A stretch of DNA of 38,237 bases from Flavobacteriaceae bacterium (GCA_038129925.1 JAYPMN010000001.1:1-38237); one strand, 5' to 3'; positions 1 to 9,532 are shown, counted from the first letter of the stretch. Translations and numbers: made by a program. The notes: generated by a model not told the origin, from the letters alone.

Positions 1-894
1 GCAGTACTGACGATGCCTGCCGGTGAAGAAAATAAAAACTTGACAAGCTGCCAAAGTTTGTGGGAGGAACTGTCTGCCGGGGGAGCAGATCGAAGCAGTG
101 TTTTGATCAACCTAGGGGGAGGCGTAGTGACCGATCTCGGTGGTTTTGTTGCCTGTACTTTTAAGCGAGGAATTGATTTTTACAATATTCCGACCAGCCT
201 ATTGGCTATGGTAGATGCTTCCGTAGGAGGAAAAACGGGCATTGACCTAGGAGCATTAAAAAATCAAATCGGCGTCATACAAGAGCCTCAGGGGGTCATA
301 ATCGCTCCTGAATGGCTCAAAACCTTAGCTAATGAAGAGTTGAGAAGTGGTTTTGCTGAAATGCTCAAACACGGCTTAATCGCAAATCCTGACTATTGGA
401 ACACCCTGAAAACAATTTCGGATTTGTCAGTTAATAATCTTGAGGGGTTCATCAAACCCTCTGTTGCTGAAAAAACTAAAGTTGTATTGGAGGATCCCTT
501 TGAAAAAGGCCTGCGTAAAATCTTAAATTTCGGGCATACTCTAGGACATGCCATAGAATCATATTACCTCACATACTCCAAAAAATCAAGACTTTTACAC
601 GGTGAAGCCATTGCCATTGGTATGGTGATGGAAGCCTATCTAGCGACTAAATGCAGTGGACTCAGAGAAGCTACTGCAAATGAAATCAAACACACTTTTA
701 AGAGCTTTTATCCTATCATTACAATCAGTTCCAAAGATCAAAAAGCCATCATTGACTTATTGCGTCACGATAAAAAAAACAAGGCTGGGCGTATTAATTT
801 TGTACTACTCAAAACAATAGGTCAACCCGACATCGATGTCGAAGTTCCACAAGAGCTGATTGCAGAAGCATTTGCATTCTATCAATCAGCTTAA
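1..894 (+). CDS. aroB: 3-dehydroquinate synthase, 5'-truncated by the window edge
   Basis: The frame is open from nt 1, so the track's Met at 13 is internal. It carries AroB-type motifs: GGGVVTDLGGF, DASVGGKTGID, NFGHTLGHAIE and HGEAIAIGM. Stop is TAA at 892..894. Confidence 0.9.
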   Translation, partial: AVLTMPAGEENKNLTSCQSLWEELSAGGADRSSVLINLGGGVVTDLGGFVACTFKRGIDFYNIPTSLLAMVDASVGGKTGIDLGALKNQIGVIQEPQGVIIAPEWLKTLANEELRSGFAEMLKHGLIANPDYWNTLKTISDLSVNNLEGFIKPSVAEKTKVVLEDPFEKGLRKILNFGHTLGHAIESYYLTYSKKSRLLHGEAIAIGMVMEAYLATKCSGLREATANEIKHTFKSFYPIITISSKDQKAIIDLLRHDKKNKAGRINFVLLKTIGQPDIDVEVPQELIAEAFAFYQSA

Positions 895-3479
895 GCTGAG
901 TTTCTACTCGCGTTTATATTTCCAAATAGCGAACGGGTAATCATAGTTTCCATTACTTCCATTTGCTTTTTATCTGGATTTTTGGTGTTCTTTAATTTTT
1001 GCAATTCCATCAGTGCATACTGCTGAATGGTAAGTAAAGGCTGAACAATTTCTTCTCTTGCTTTGATCGAGGCTTTACCAGCAGCTTCATTCTCCATCAA
1101 AGATTTAAAATCACTAACCTCCAAGAGTAATTTTTTAGTCAACGAATACTCATTAAAAATCAATTCCCAAAACATGCCAAACTCTTTATCCTCTTTCATA
1201 TAGGCCGTCAGTTGGAAAAAAGATTTAGTTAAACTCATCATACTGTTAAACACTAATGTTCTAAAGAATCGTGAGTTGTGGAACAATTGTTTGACATCTT
1301 CCAATTTTCCTTTATTCAAAAAGTGATCGAGCGCAGTCCCAACACCAAAAAAGCCAGGTACGTTCTGTTTTAATTGACTCCAGCTACCTACAAAAGGGAT
1401 GGCACGTAAATCTTCAAATCGGAGTTCGGATGATTTTCCTCTTTTAGACGGACGACTACCAATATTGGTTTTGGCGTAATAAGGTAGGGTCGACATTCGC
1501 TCTAGATAAGGAATAAACATTGGGTGGGCTTTAAAATCTTGATACGCTTCGTAGCTGATCTTAGCAATTTCATTCATGGTAGAACGGTCGGCATCAGTGA
1601 AGTTGTTTTTGCCTGGGCTAAATAGCTGACTTTCAATACCTGAACTCAACAACTGTTCTAAGTTAAATTGAGAAGAATCCAAGGTTCCAAAATTAGAACT
1701 GATGGTCTGCCCTTGCACAGTCAATTGAATGTCGTCATTCTGAATAGTATCTCCCATGGAGGCGTAAAACTCATGTGTATTTCCTCCTCCACGTGCCGGC
1801 GGACCTCCCCTACCATCAAAAAAGGCAACCCGGACGCCGTACTTTAAAGCGAGTTCACTAAGCTCTTCTTTTGCTTTATAAATACTCCAATTTGCCATAA
1901 AATAGCCTCCGTCTTTGGTACCGTCGGAAAAGCCCAGCATTACAATTTGTTTAGACCCGCGCTGCTCAAGGTGTTTTTTATAAATTGGATTACTAAATAA
2001 ACCGTCCATGACTTCAGCAGCAGTTTCCAGATCCGGTATGGTTTCAAATAAGGGAATAAAATCTACTTTTGGATCTTCCCAAGCACTAATACGGCACATG
2101 GCAAACAGCTCAAGAATATTCTCTAAAGTTTGACAATTACTTATAATATAACGATTACAGCCACGCTCCCCATTGGTTCCCTGAATCACCTGCATTGATC
2201 GTATACACTCCAGTGTTTGGTGCGTAATTTCATCAGAGAAAATAGTGGAAGGAAGATCTCCTGTCAATTTCGGTAAAACTATACAACGCTCCTCTTCGCT
2301 TAAGTCTACATAATTGACAGGTAAATTTTTAACATATTTTTGAATGTCTGGATGAGATACAATTTCTGTAAACACGCCGTGATGGACCCTTGAATCTTGT
2401 CGGATGTCTAGACTGGCAAAATGAAAGCCGAATAGTTCAAGCTTATGCATCATGTCCTTTACATCCTCCAAATACAGTCCTTTATGTTCTTTCTTTATGC
2501 TCTCGCAAATATAATTCATCTCGGATTTGACATGCTTTAATGAAAAATCACTATTGCGTTCAGGATAAAAAAGGGCGTTAAAAACGGCGTGTTCAAGGTC
2601 TACTACCCGCTCCTCCACTCCGGGAAAAGTCAATTTTCGTTTTAGCCTTCTCAAGTCTCTATAGTAGTTTCTCAAAATAGAAAAACGAAGTCGTTTAGCA
2701 GTTTTTAGAGTGATTTCAGGGGTCACATATGGATTCCCATCTCGGTCTCCTCCTGGCCAAAATCCAAAATCAAAAATGGCATTATTCAATTCCTCGGAAT
2801 CAACAATATGATCGGCGATGTAATTGTAAATAGTACTTGCAGAATGATAAAAGACGTTTTCTAAAAACCAAATAAGACTTATTGCCTCATCAAAAGGAGT
2901 TGGTTTTTCTTTTTTGTAAAAGGGGGTTTTTCCCAATTGTACAAGTAGTTTTTGTATCCGATCTAGATCGTCTTGTGCTATGGCATTGGAAAGCTCGTTA
3001 ATAATAACCAATACGTTATCTGGATAAAACTGAGTAGGGTGGGCAGTAAGCACTATACGTACTTTAAATCGCTTGATATAATCTTTCAGTGCTTGGGACA
3101 AGCGTTTTTTCTGTGCCTCTTCTTTAATGTTTCTGAGGGTCCCCCTACCGTGCATATTGTTGACATAGGAAAAACCAGCGTCTTCTATGGCGTCAAAAAG
3201 AACAACTTGACGTTCGATATACCGAATAAAGTTAAACAACAAATCTTGTTGGTCATTCAATTTAAGCTCAGGTGCAAAACGATTAAAAAATGTTTCTACT
3301 ATTTCATTGGGATTTTTCTTTAATTCAAATTGCTTTTGGCAATGATCTGCAAAAAGCGGTAAAAGCATCGAGGTCCTCTTGATATTCTCATAAGGGAGGG
3401 TCAAAAAAAGGCTGTTGTAGATTTGAAAGCGGGAAAGGATTTTTTCTTTAAATCTTTCAATTTTTGGTTTTCGAGCCAT
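891..3479 (-). CDS. ppc: phosphoenolpyruvate carboxylase
   Basis: 862 aa with an ATG start at 3479. It has the PEPC signatures VLTAHPTQ and FDGRGGPPARGGG. Its 3' end overlaps the aroB stop by 4 nt (convergent). Confidence 0.95.
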   Translation of the reverse strand: MARKPKIERFKEKILSRFQIYNSLFLTLPYENIKRTSMLLPLFADHCQKQFELKKNPNEIVETFFNRFAPELKLNDQQDLLFNFIRYIERQVVLFDAIEDAGFSYVNNMHGRGTLRNIKEEAQKKRLSQALKDYIKRFKVRIVLTAHPTQFYPDNVLVIINELSNAIAQDDLDRIQKLLVQLGKTPFYKKEKPTPFDEAISLIWFLENVFYHSASTIYNYIADHIVDSEELNNAIFDFGFWPGGDRDGNPYVTPEITLKTAKRLRFSILRNYYRDLRRLKRKLTFPGVEERVVDLEHAVFNALFYPERNSDFSLKHVKSEMNYICESIKKEHKGLYLEDVKDMMHKLELFGFHFASLDIRQDSRVHHGVFTEIVSHPDIQKYVKNLPVNYVDLSEEERCIVLPKLTGDLPSTIFSDEITHQTLECIRSMQVIQGTNGERGCNRYIISNCQTLENILELFAMCRISAWEDPKVDFIPLFETIPDLETAAEVMDGLFSNPIYKKHLEQRGSKQIVMLGFSDGTKDGGYFMANWSIYKAKEELSELALKYGVRVAFFDGRGGPPARGGGNTHEFYASMGDTIQNDDIQLTVQGQTISSNFGTLDSSQFNLEQLLSSGIESQLFSPGKNNFTDADRSTMNEIAKISYEAYQDFKAHPMFIPYLERMSTLPYYAKTNIGSRPSKRGKSSELRFEDLRAIPFVGSWSQLKQNVPGFFGVGTALDHFLNKGKLEDVKQLFHNSRFFRTLVFNSMMSLTKSFFQLTAYMKEDKEFGMFWELIFNEYSLTKKLLLEVSDFKSLMENEAAGKASIKAREEIVQPLLTIQQYALMELQKLKNTKNPDKKQMEVMETMITRSLFGNINASRNSA

Positions 3480-3493
3480 TAGGGTTTTAATAA

Positions 3494-3973
3494 TTATAAT
3501 TCGTTAAAGATGCTGTGCATTAATCGTTTTTTATCGTTGATGCTCTCTTCTAGAGAAATCATGGTTTCGGTTCTTGAAACACCTTCTACATCGTCGATTC
3601 TAAAAATAATGTCTTTTGCGTGGTGCGTGTCTCGTGCTCTAACTTTGCAAAAAATATTAAACTTGCCCGTTGTAATATGAGCAACAGTGATGTAGGGTAT
3701 TTTTTTTAAGGAATCTAAAACCTCAATTGTGGTATTTGTTTTTTCAAGAAATATCCCAACATAGGCAATAAAGGAGTAACCCAATTTTACGTAGTCAAGG
3801 TTTAGAGATGAGCCTTTAATTATACCGGATTCTTCCATTTTTTTTACTCGAACATGAACTGTCCCGGCGGAGATTAAAAGTCGCTTTGAAATGTCTGTAA
3901 AAGGAATACGGGTATTGTCTATTAGGATATCGAGAATTTGATGATCAATTTCATCTAAGTTTACTTTACTCAT
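3494..3973 (-). CDS. Lrp/AsnC family transcriptional regulator
   Basis: 159 aa. The N-terminal HTH (LDEIDHQILDILIDNTRIPFTDISKRLLISAGTVHVRVKKMEESGII) is followed by an AsnC-type ligand-binding domain. It lies 14 nt upstream of ppc on the same strand. Confidence 0.9.
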   Translation of the reverse strand: MSKVNLDEIDHQILDILIDNTRIPFTDISKRLLISAGTVHVRVKKMEESGIIKGSSLNLDYVKLGYSFIAYVGIFLEKTNTTIEVLDSLKKIPYITVAHITTGKFNIFCKVRARDTHHAKDIIFRIDDVEGVSRTETMISLEESINDKKRLMHSIFNEL

Positions 3974-4000
3974 GAGTTCAACATATAGTTTTTAGGATTG

Positions 4001-4008
4001 CAAATTTA
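4001..4008 (-). promoter_or_regulatory. -7 promoter box TAAATTTG (TAnnTTTG) for the lrp-ppc unit
   Basis: Exact match to the Bacteroidetes sigma-A -7 consensus, correctly oriented, 27 nt upstream of the Lrp ATG. Confidence 0.45.
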
Positions 4009-4048
4009 ATTAATTTTGTCCTATTTCATTGAATAATATGCTGAAAAT

Positions 4049-5134
4049 TTAGCCTTTTAATGAAAATTGATCAGTAAATTTAAATTCTTTGATTAAGCTT
4101 TGTTTGTTAAAAACTAAGGGAGTTGACTGAAGTTCGGTGGGTAGATCAAGATATTTGTGGGCACGTAAATGGAGCTTATCCCCGTACTGAAGCATTTGAG
4201 GTAAAAATGCAATCTCGCCATTGACAAGAGTTTCAAGGTATTGGATTGCGATTTGTTGGTCTTCTTTTTGGGTGCCATTATCAAAAATCCGTACTCCAGA
4301 AACTATGAGATCGCAAAATTCAACCGTGTTTTGCGGTAAATTAAGGTAGTCATCTAACTCAAAAGGCTTGGGGCTTAACAACTGCTTAAATAGCAATTTA
4401 TAGGCTTGAAAAATAAAGGCACGAGTTTGTTCGCGTTGGTAATCCCCAGGTATATGGCCTGCTTCAAATAGTAAAGTAGGTGACCCAGACTGGGTAAATG
4501 AATCTCCAACGCAGTTTGGATTAAAACTGTCGTCATAACGTCCAATGGCATCGGGCAATTCACTCGAAAGCCCCTGAACAATGGAGGCAATCAGAAGCAT
4601 CGCTTCTTTTCTAGCATCAGTAAGACTTCTTTCTTCATTTGCAGCTGGTGCCAAAAAAGACAAGCTCGCAGACGGACCCCCATTACCAGCCGCATAAATT
4701 GTCCGTTGTCCGTGTAAATTCAAACAAAGATCGGGCTTAATCGATTCGTATACCTGCCTAAGAACCTTACTTTCCGGCTGAGTAAGGTGAATTGCGTCGC
4801 GATTTAAATCAATCCCGTTGGCATTAGACCTGGTATAGAGATGCGAACCGTCTGGGTTTAATTGTGGAATGATATGTAATGTAAAAGCCTCCTGATACTT
4901 AATTTGTGCCTCAGATAAAAACCATGGAATAAAATCCAATAAAGCCTTGGTAGTGGTGCTTTCGTTTCCATGCATCTGTGACCACATTAAAACGTGATAA
5001 TCACCTGAGCCAATCTTTAATAAATTAATAGGACGATTCTGAACAGTATAACCAACTGTAGATTTTACATCAGTGTCAAATTGATTGAAAAAACGATCTA
5101 AAAGCGCGGGAGGTAAATACCGTTTACAAGTCAT
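4049..5134 (-). CDS. M14 family zinc carboxypeptidase-like protein
   Basis: It has the HGNEST (HxxE zinc motif), NPDG, DLNRD and NLHGQ motifs. I place the start at ATG 5134 (MTCKRYL...). The track's TTG at 5164 lies inside the upstream palindrome and -7 box. Confidence 0.8.
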   Translation of the reverse strand: MTCKRYLPPALLDRFFNQFDTDVKSTVGYTVQNRPINLLKIGSGDYHVLMWSQMHGNESTTTKALLDFIPWFLSEAQIKYQEAFTLHIIPQLNPDGSHLYTRSNANGIDLNRDAIHLTQPESKVLRQVYESIKPDLCLNLHGQRTIYAAGNGGPSASLSFLAPAANEERSLTDARKEAMLLIASIVQGLSSELPDAIGRYDDSFNPNCVGDSFTQSGSPTLLFEAGHIPGDYQREQTRAFIFQAYKLLFKQLLSPKPFELDDYLNLPQNTVEFCDLIVSGVRIFDNGTQKEDQQIAIQYLETLVNGEIAFLPQMLQYGDKLHLRAHKYLDLPTELQSTPLVFNKQSLIKEFKFTDQFSLKG

Positions 5135-5150
5135 GAATAGATTTTCTAAT

Positions 5151-5182
5151 ACAAATGTAAACAACCATTTGTTTACATTTGT
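5151..5182. promoter_or_regulatory. perfect 14-bp inverted repeat ACAAATGTAAACAA-ccat-TTGTTTACATTTGT holding two divergent TACATTTG -7 boxes
   Basis: The arms at 5151..5164 and 5169..5182 are exact reverse complements. The minus-oriented box (5152..5159) is 17 nt from the peptidase ATG. The plus-oriented box is at 5174..5181. A third TTGTTTACA copy is at 5182..5190. Confidence 0.5.
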
Positions 5183-5389
5183 TGTTTACATAAGTATTCA
5201 TTTTAATGGTTTTATTTTTTTAATAGAACTTGTTGTATACAATTGTAATAAAAATAGATTAATGTATGTATTATATACTGTTAATCAATAATTTATATAA
5301 ATTATATAAACTAATAGTTTTATATATTATTAACTTGTAGATTTAGATTTACAGTTGTATATTGGTATAAATTTAAAAAATAGTTTACG

Positions 5390-5794
5390 ATGTTAAACAC
5401 TGATGCATTTTTAAGACGACTGGAACAATTGATGGAAAATCACCAATTAAATGCAGCTGCTTTTGCAGAAAAAATTGGTGTACAACGCTCATCTGTTTCT
5501 CATATTTTATCGCGAAGAAACAAGCCGAGTTTGGAATTTATTTTAAAAGTCCAGGCAGAATTTGCTGAGGCAGATTTTGACTGGTTGCTTTTGGGGGCAA
5601 GAAAAAAAACCTCCCCTACCTCAAATCTGCATTTAGCTGAGCCGGTGAAAGTGAATGTATTAGAAGATGAAAAAAGTACCAACCCACCCCAGAAATCTCT
5701 ATCAACTTCTTTGGACGTTTTAGACACCGATGTTTTACAAATCATTCAGACTTATAAGGATGGTACTTTTCGTGTGTTTTTGCCTAAATCTTAG
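5390..5794 (+). CDS. helix-turn-helix (XRE-like) DNA-binding protein
   Basis: 134 aa with an ATG start. The N-terminal HTH is LNAAAFAEKIGVQRSSVSHILSRRNKPSLEFILKV. The C-terminal half is low complexity. Confidence 0.7.
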   Translation: MLNTDAFLRRLEQLMENHQLNAAAFAEKIGVQRSSVSHILSRRNKPSLEFILKVQAEFAEADFDWLLLGARKKTSPTSNLHLAEPVKVNVLEDEKSTNPPQKSLSTSLDVLDTDVLQIIQTYKDGTFRVFLPKS

Positions 5795-5808
5795 TATTTT
5801 TATTCCCT

Positions 5809-6180
5809 ATGAATCGACTGCTTGTGTTCATTATTCTAATGTTTGCCTCCTGCTATACCGTTGAACGTGATTGCACCCCTTTTCACCAAGGGACTTTTGA
5901 GTTTTCTCAGATTATCAATGGCAGCATGAAAACTTCAACTTTTACACGAGATTCACTTTATGAAATTGAGCGCTATGAGGGCAAAATAGATACTGCCAGT
6001 ATTCGTTGGGTAAACGATTGTGAGTGCATAATCACTAAGCTCAATCCAACATCGAATCAAGACAAGCGTCCTATTCAAATCAAAATCATTAGTACCCAAA
6101 ACAATTCCTACACTTTTGAATACTCTTTGGTTGGTGACATTAAGAATACCCAACGCGGAACAATTCAAAAAATCCAATAA
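5809..6180 (+). CDS. putative lipoprotein, unknown function
   Basis: 123 aa. It has a lipoprotein-type signal peptide, MNRLLVFIILMFASC, with Cys after a small residue. It is tightly packed between the HTH gene (14-nt gap) and TerC (2-nt gap). Confidence 0.55.
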   Translation: MNRLLVFIILMFASCYTVERDCTPFHQGTFEFSQIINGSMKTSTFTRDSLYEIERYEGKIDTASIRWVNDCECIITKLNPTSNQDKRPIQIKIISTQNNSYTFEYSLVGDIKNTQRGTIQKIQ

Positions 6181-6182
6181 AT

Positions 6183-6947
6183 ATGTTAACCCCTGATCTA
6201 ATCTTTGCTTTTTTAACGCTGACATTTCTCGAGATCATTCTCGGTATAGATAATATTATTTTTATTTCCATTTTAGCAAGCCGTTTTCCTGAAGCTGATC
6301 GAAAAAAATTAATGCGTATTGGACTTTCAATGGCTATGTTTACGAGAATACTGCTGCTTATGGGGATTAATTGGCTTGTACAGATGCAAGTTTCACTATT
6401 GAGTTTTGACTGGGGATGGTTTAGTACAGACTTATCCATTCAGTCTCTTATTCTGATTTTTGGGGGGCTATTTTTACTTTATAAAAGCACTAAAGAAATC
6501 TATGAAAAGGCTGAAAACCTGGACGAAACAGTTACGGAATCGAAATCAAATAAACTGACTTATGCTCGTGCCTTATTTCAGATTGTTTTAATCGATATTG
6601 TCTTTTCGTTTGATTCAATTTTGACCGCTGTAGGCATGACCAATGGCATTCCCTACGCCATTCAAATAATGGTTTCAGCTGTTATTTTATCCATACTTAT
6701 TATGATGCTTTTCGCAGTACCAGTGAGTAAATTTATAAACACCTACCCTTCGCTTCAAATTTTAGGATTGGCGTTTTTGCTACTTATTGGCTTTATGCTA
6801 ATCACTGAAGCGGCACACCTCTCACACACCAAAATCTTTGGCTCGACTATTGGCGTAATTCCAAAAGGATATTTATACTTTGCTATCGCATTCTCCCTCG
6901 GTGTGGAAATGATTAATATGCGGTTTAGAAAAAAGAAAAAGGCTTAA
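6183..6947 (+). CDS. TerC family integral membrane protein
   Basis: 254 aa and polytopic. It has the TerC-type motif LEIILGIDNIIFISIL and a second repeat, DIVFSFDSILTAVGMT. Confidence 0.85.
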   Translation: MLTPDLIFAFLTLTFLEIILGIDNIIFISILASRFPEADRKKLMRIGLSMAMFTRILLLMGINWLVQMQVSLLSFDWGWFSTDLSIQSLILIFGGLFLLYKSTKEIYEKAENLDETVTESKSNKLTYARALFQIVLIDIVFSFDSILTAVGMTNGIPYAIQIMVSAVILSILIMMLFAVPVSKFINTYPSLQILGLAFLLLIGFMLITEAAHLSHTKIFGSTIGVIPKGYLYFAIAFSLGVEMINMRFRKKKKA

Positions 6948-9532
6948 AAATCTAAGCTGATTTGACTTTCGTCATTTTCTGAGCTAATTGCTTCTTCTCC
7001 CTTGACTTCAATCTCGTTTACGTCTTGCTCCTCAGGGAGTTCATAGTTTAACGCTTCCTTAAGTGATATTTTTTTGATTTTTTTATCCGTTAGTTGATTC
7101 CCTAAAGCCTTGAATCCTTTGACTGATATAAACTCCTCAGCATTGATTTCCAAGTTGTCAGGCTTTGCTTTTCCTCTGGGTTTTTCAAATTCTACCGTGA
7201 GTATAGGACGTCCCTCAAAGCTCGTAAAGACATGACTTCCACCCTCTTTAATATAAGAATCCTCTTTATCTTCACTTTCAATACAAAAACGCTTAAGGAA
7301 ATAACGTTCTTTTTCAGGATCAAAGTGGATGGCTGTAATTGGTTTTTCAGGTATCCATTTTTCGATGTGAGCGACCGAATCGTCAAAATGTAGACTCAAT
7401 TCTGGAAACACTACCCGAACCGTTCCTTTCTGGGAGGCAATAAGGAGTTTGTCCTCCCCTTTAAAGGCTCCTAACAACTCTCCTCTTCCCTCTAGGTTTA
7501 ATCGACGAATAGTTGTGTCAAACCAGATTTTACGTGGCTTGAGTGTAGAAACCCCTTTTTCTTTTAATTCGACCTTTCTAACATTATATTTGGTAACTGT
7601 ATTTCCTCTGACCGATCGTCCTTTGACTTGTAAATCGGCAAAATCCAAATCCCATTTTAACTTTTTGATGCTTCCAGAACTTCTCAGTATAATTGTCACA
7701 ATTTCAGCCTCTCCATTAGGGTTAGCCGAAAAATAGAGCACCTCGGATTGGACTTTGCCTTGAGTCAAATCGTAAATCTTCTCGCGAGTTACTCCTGTAA
7801 CTGCAAATCGCTTGATGAAAGTAGTTCCATTTTTACCGTCACGGTAAATCATATTATAAATCGTTCGGCTGTCTTTTTTCTTAAATACGGCGGCATGGAT
7901 GATGTTTTTTCCAATAAAGACTTTACTGTCAACTTTTACTACTTGCATTTTACCGTCCTTAGTAAACGCAATAACATCGTCAATATCAGAACACTCACAG
8001 ACAAACTCATCTTTACGCAAGGAAGTTCCTATAAATCCTTCACTTCGATTGATGTAGAGTTTTTGATTTCGAACCACTACCTTTTTAGCGTCAACATCGT
8101 CAAAAATGCGAATTTCTGATTTACGCTCCTTACCCTTTCCATAAGTCTTTTTTAAATGGGTAAAATATCGGATGGCGTAATCGATGAGATGATTTAAATT
8201 GTTTTTTACTTCTGCGATATCCCCTTCAAGTGCTTCGATTTTTTGCTGGGCTTTATCCAAATCAAATTTTGAGATTCTCTTGATGCGAATTTCTGTTAAA
8301 CGCACGATGTCTTCTTCAACTACAGGTCGTTTTAAGTGGGTTATATGAGGTTTTAATCCTTCGTCTATAGCTTTAATGACCTCTTCCCAAGTCTCTGCTT
8401 CTTCAATATCGCGGTATATTTTATTCTCGATAAAAATGCGCTCTAGAGAAGAATAATGCCATTGATTTTCGAGCTCTTGAAGTTGGACTTCAAGCTCCAT
8501 TTTTAATATTTGAACCGTGTGATCTGTCGAAATTTTCAATATTTCAGTAACCCCCATAAAATGAGGTTTATTGTCGATAATTAAACAGCCCAAAGGTGAG
8601 ATTGATGTTTCACAGGCTGTAAAGGCATAAAGGGCATCTATGGTTTTATCAGGTGAGATCCCATTTGGAAGGTGCACTTGAATTTCGACATCAGAAGAGG
8701 TATTGTCTTCTATCTTTTTAATTTTTATCTTTCCCTTGTCGTTGGCCTTTAAAATACTGTCAATTAAGCTAGAAGTATTGGTGCTGAATGGTATTTCACC
8801 TATAACCAAAGTATTTTTATCCTGCTGGTTGATTTTCGCTCGTACCCTTACTTTACCCCCTCTTAAACCGTCGTTATAGTTTTGGATGTCTATAATCCCT
8901 CCCGTTTGAAAGTCAGGATACAAAGAAAACTTTTTGCCCTTTAAGTGGGCGATGCTGGCCTCCAATAGCTCGTTGAAATTGTGAGGCAATATTTTAGTAG
9001 AAAGGCCCACTGCAATTCCCTCAGCCCCTTGGGCTAAAAGCAAAGGAAATTTGATCGGTAGGTGGATAGGCTCTTTTTTTCTTCCGTCATAAGACAGTTG
9101 CCATTGGGTCACTTTTGGACTAAAGACAACCTCCAAAGCAAATTTGGAAAGACGTGCTTCAATATAACGGGAAGCTGCTGCACTATCACCGGTCAAAATA
9201 TTTCCCCAGTTCCCCTGCATGTCAATAAGTAACTCTTTTTGACCTATCTGTACCATGGCATCGCCGATACTGGCATCACCATGAGGATGATATTGCATCG
9301 TATGGCCTACTATATTGGCAACTTTGTTGTAGCGGCCATCGTCCAAATCCTTCATAGAATGAAGAATTCTACGCTGTACAGGCTTGAGTCCATCTTCTAT
9401 AGCGGGAACTGCTCGCTCTAAGATCACATAGGAAGCGTAATCCAAAAACCAATCTTTGTACATACCCGTTACTTTGACGAGGCTTTCATTGTCAAAAGAC
9501 TCTGGTAAATCAGTTTGGTCGATTTCTTCCAT
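6944..9532 (-). CDS. parC: DNA topoisomerase IV subunit A
   Basis: 862 aa. The N-terminus GMYKDWFLDYASYVILERAVPAIEDGLKPVQRRILHSM is type IIA topoisomerase A and ParC-like in Bacteroidetes. I saw no GyrA-box. It sits immediately downstream of parE. Confidence 0.9.
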   Translation of the reverse strand: MEEIDQTDLPESFDNESLVKVTGMYKDWFLDYASYVILERAVPAIEDGLKPVQRRILHSMKDLDDGRYNKVANIVGHTMQYHPHGDASIGDAMVQIGQKELLIDMQGNWGNILTGDSAAASRYIEARLSKFALEVVFSPKVTQWQLSYDGRKKEPIHLPIKFPLLLAQGAEGIAVGLSTKILPHNFNELLEASIAHLKGKKFSLYPDFQTGGIIDIQNYNDGLRGGKVRVRAKINQQDKNTLVIGEIPFSTNTSSLIDSILKANDKGKIKIKKIEDNTSSDVEIQVHLPNGISPDKTIDALYAFTACETSISPLGCLIIDNKPHFMGVTEILKISTDHTVQILKMELEVQLQELENQWHYSSLERIFIENKIYRDIEEAETWEEVIKAIDEGLKPHITHLKRPVVEEDIVRLTEIRIKRISKFDLDKAQQKIEALEGDIAEVKNNLNHLIDYAIRYFTHLKKTYGKGKERKSEIRIFDDVDAKKVVVRNQKLYINRSEGFIGTSLRKDEFVCECSDIDDVIAFTKDGKMQVVKVDSKVFIGKNIIHAAVFKKKDSRTIYNMIYRDGKNGTTFIKRFAVTGVTREKIYDLTQGKVQSEVLYFSANPNGEAEIVTIILRSSGSIKKLKWDLDFADLQVKGRSVRGNTVTKYNVRKVELKEKGVSTLKPRKIWFDTTIRRLNLEGRGELLGAFKGEDKLLIASQKGTVRVVFPELSLHFDDSVAHIEKWIPEKPITAIHFDPEKERYFLKRFCIESEDKEDSYIKEGGSHVFTSFEGRPILTVEFEKPRGKAKPDNLEINAEEFISVKGFKALGNQLTDKKIKKISLKEALNYELPEEQDVNEIEVKGEEAISSENDESQISLDF

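Noticed and set aside
2973-3323. A 116-aa ORF antisense to ppc. Similar antisense or off-frame track ORFs lie inside ppc, the peptidase, parC, parE, the glycosidase, SulP, ychF, the chbG-like gene, serC, serA, the Nramp gene, the DHOase-like gene, the 477-aa gene, bcp, the sigma gene and uvrA. Examples are 4375..4590, 7449..7736, 7748..8119, 10549..10851, 12085..12435, 16837..17160, 20512..20742, 24858..25124 and 31282..31539.
   Set aside because: Each is fully embedded in a longer ORF with strong family motifs. Their translations are low-complexity or hydrophobic strings typical of shadow frames in AT-rich DNA, with no recognisable motifs and no promoter boxes.
5085-5291. A 68-aa plus-strand ORF spanning the peptidase 5' end and the AT-rich intergenic tract.
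   Set aside because: It starts inside the peptidase gene on the opposite strand and runs through the palindrome/promoter region. Its Ile/Asn/Phe-rich translation is what AT-rich non-coding DNA yields by chance.
5795-6182. I looked for a yybP-ykoY manganese riboswitch upstream of the TerC gene.
   Set aside because: TerC starts 2 nt after the lipoprotein ORF, which has a convincing lipoprotein signal peptide. No non-coding space exists to hold a riboswitch.
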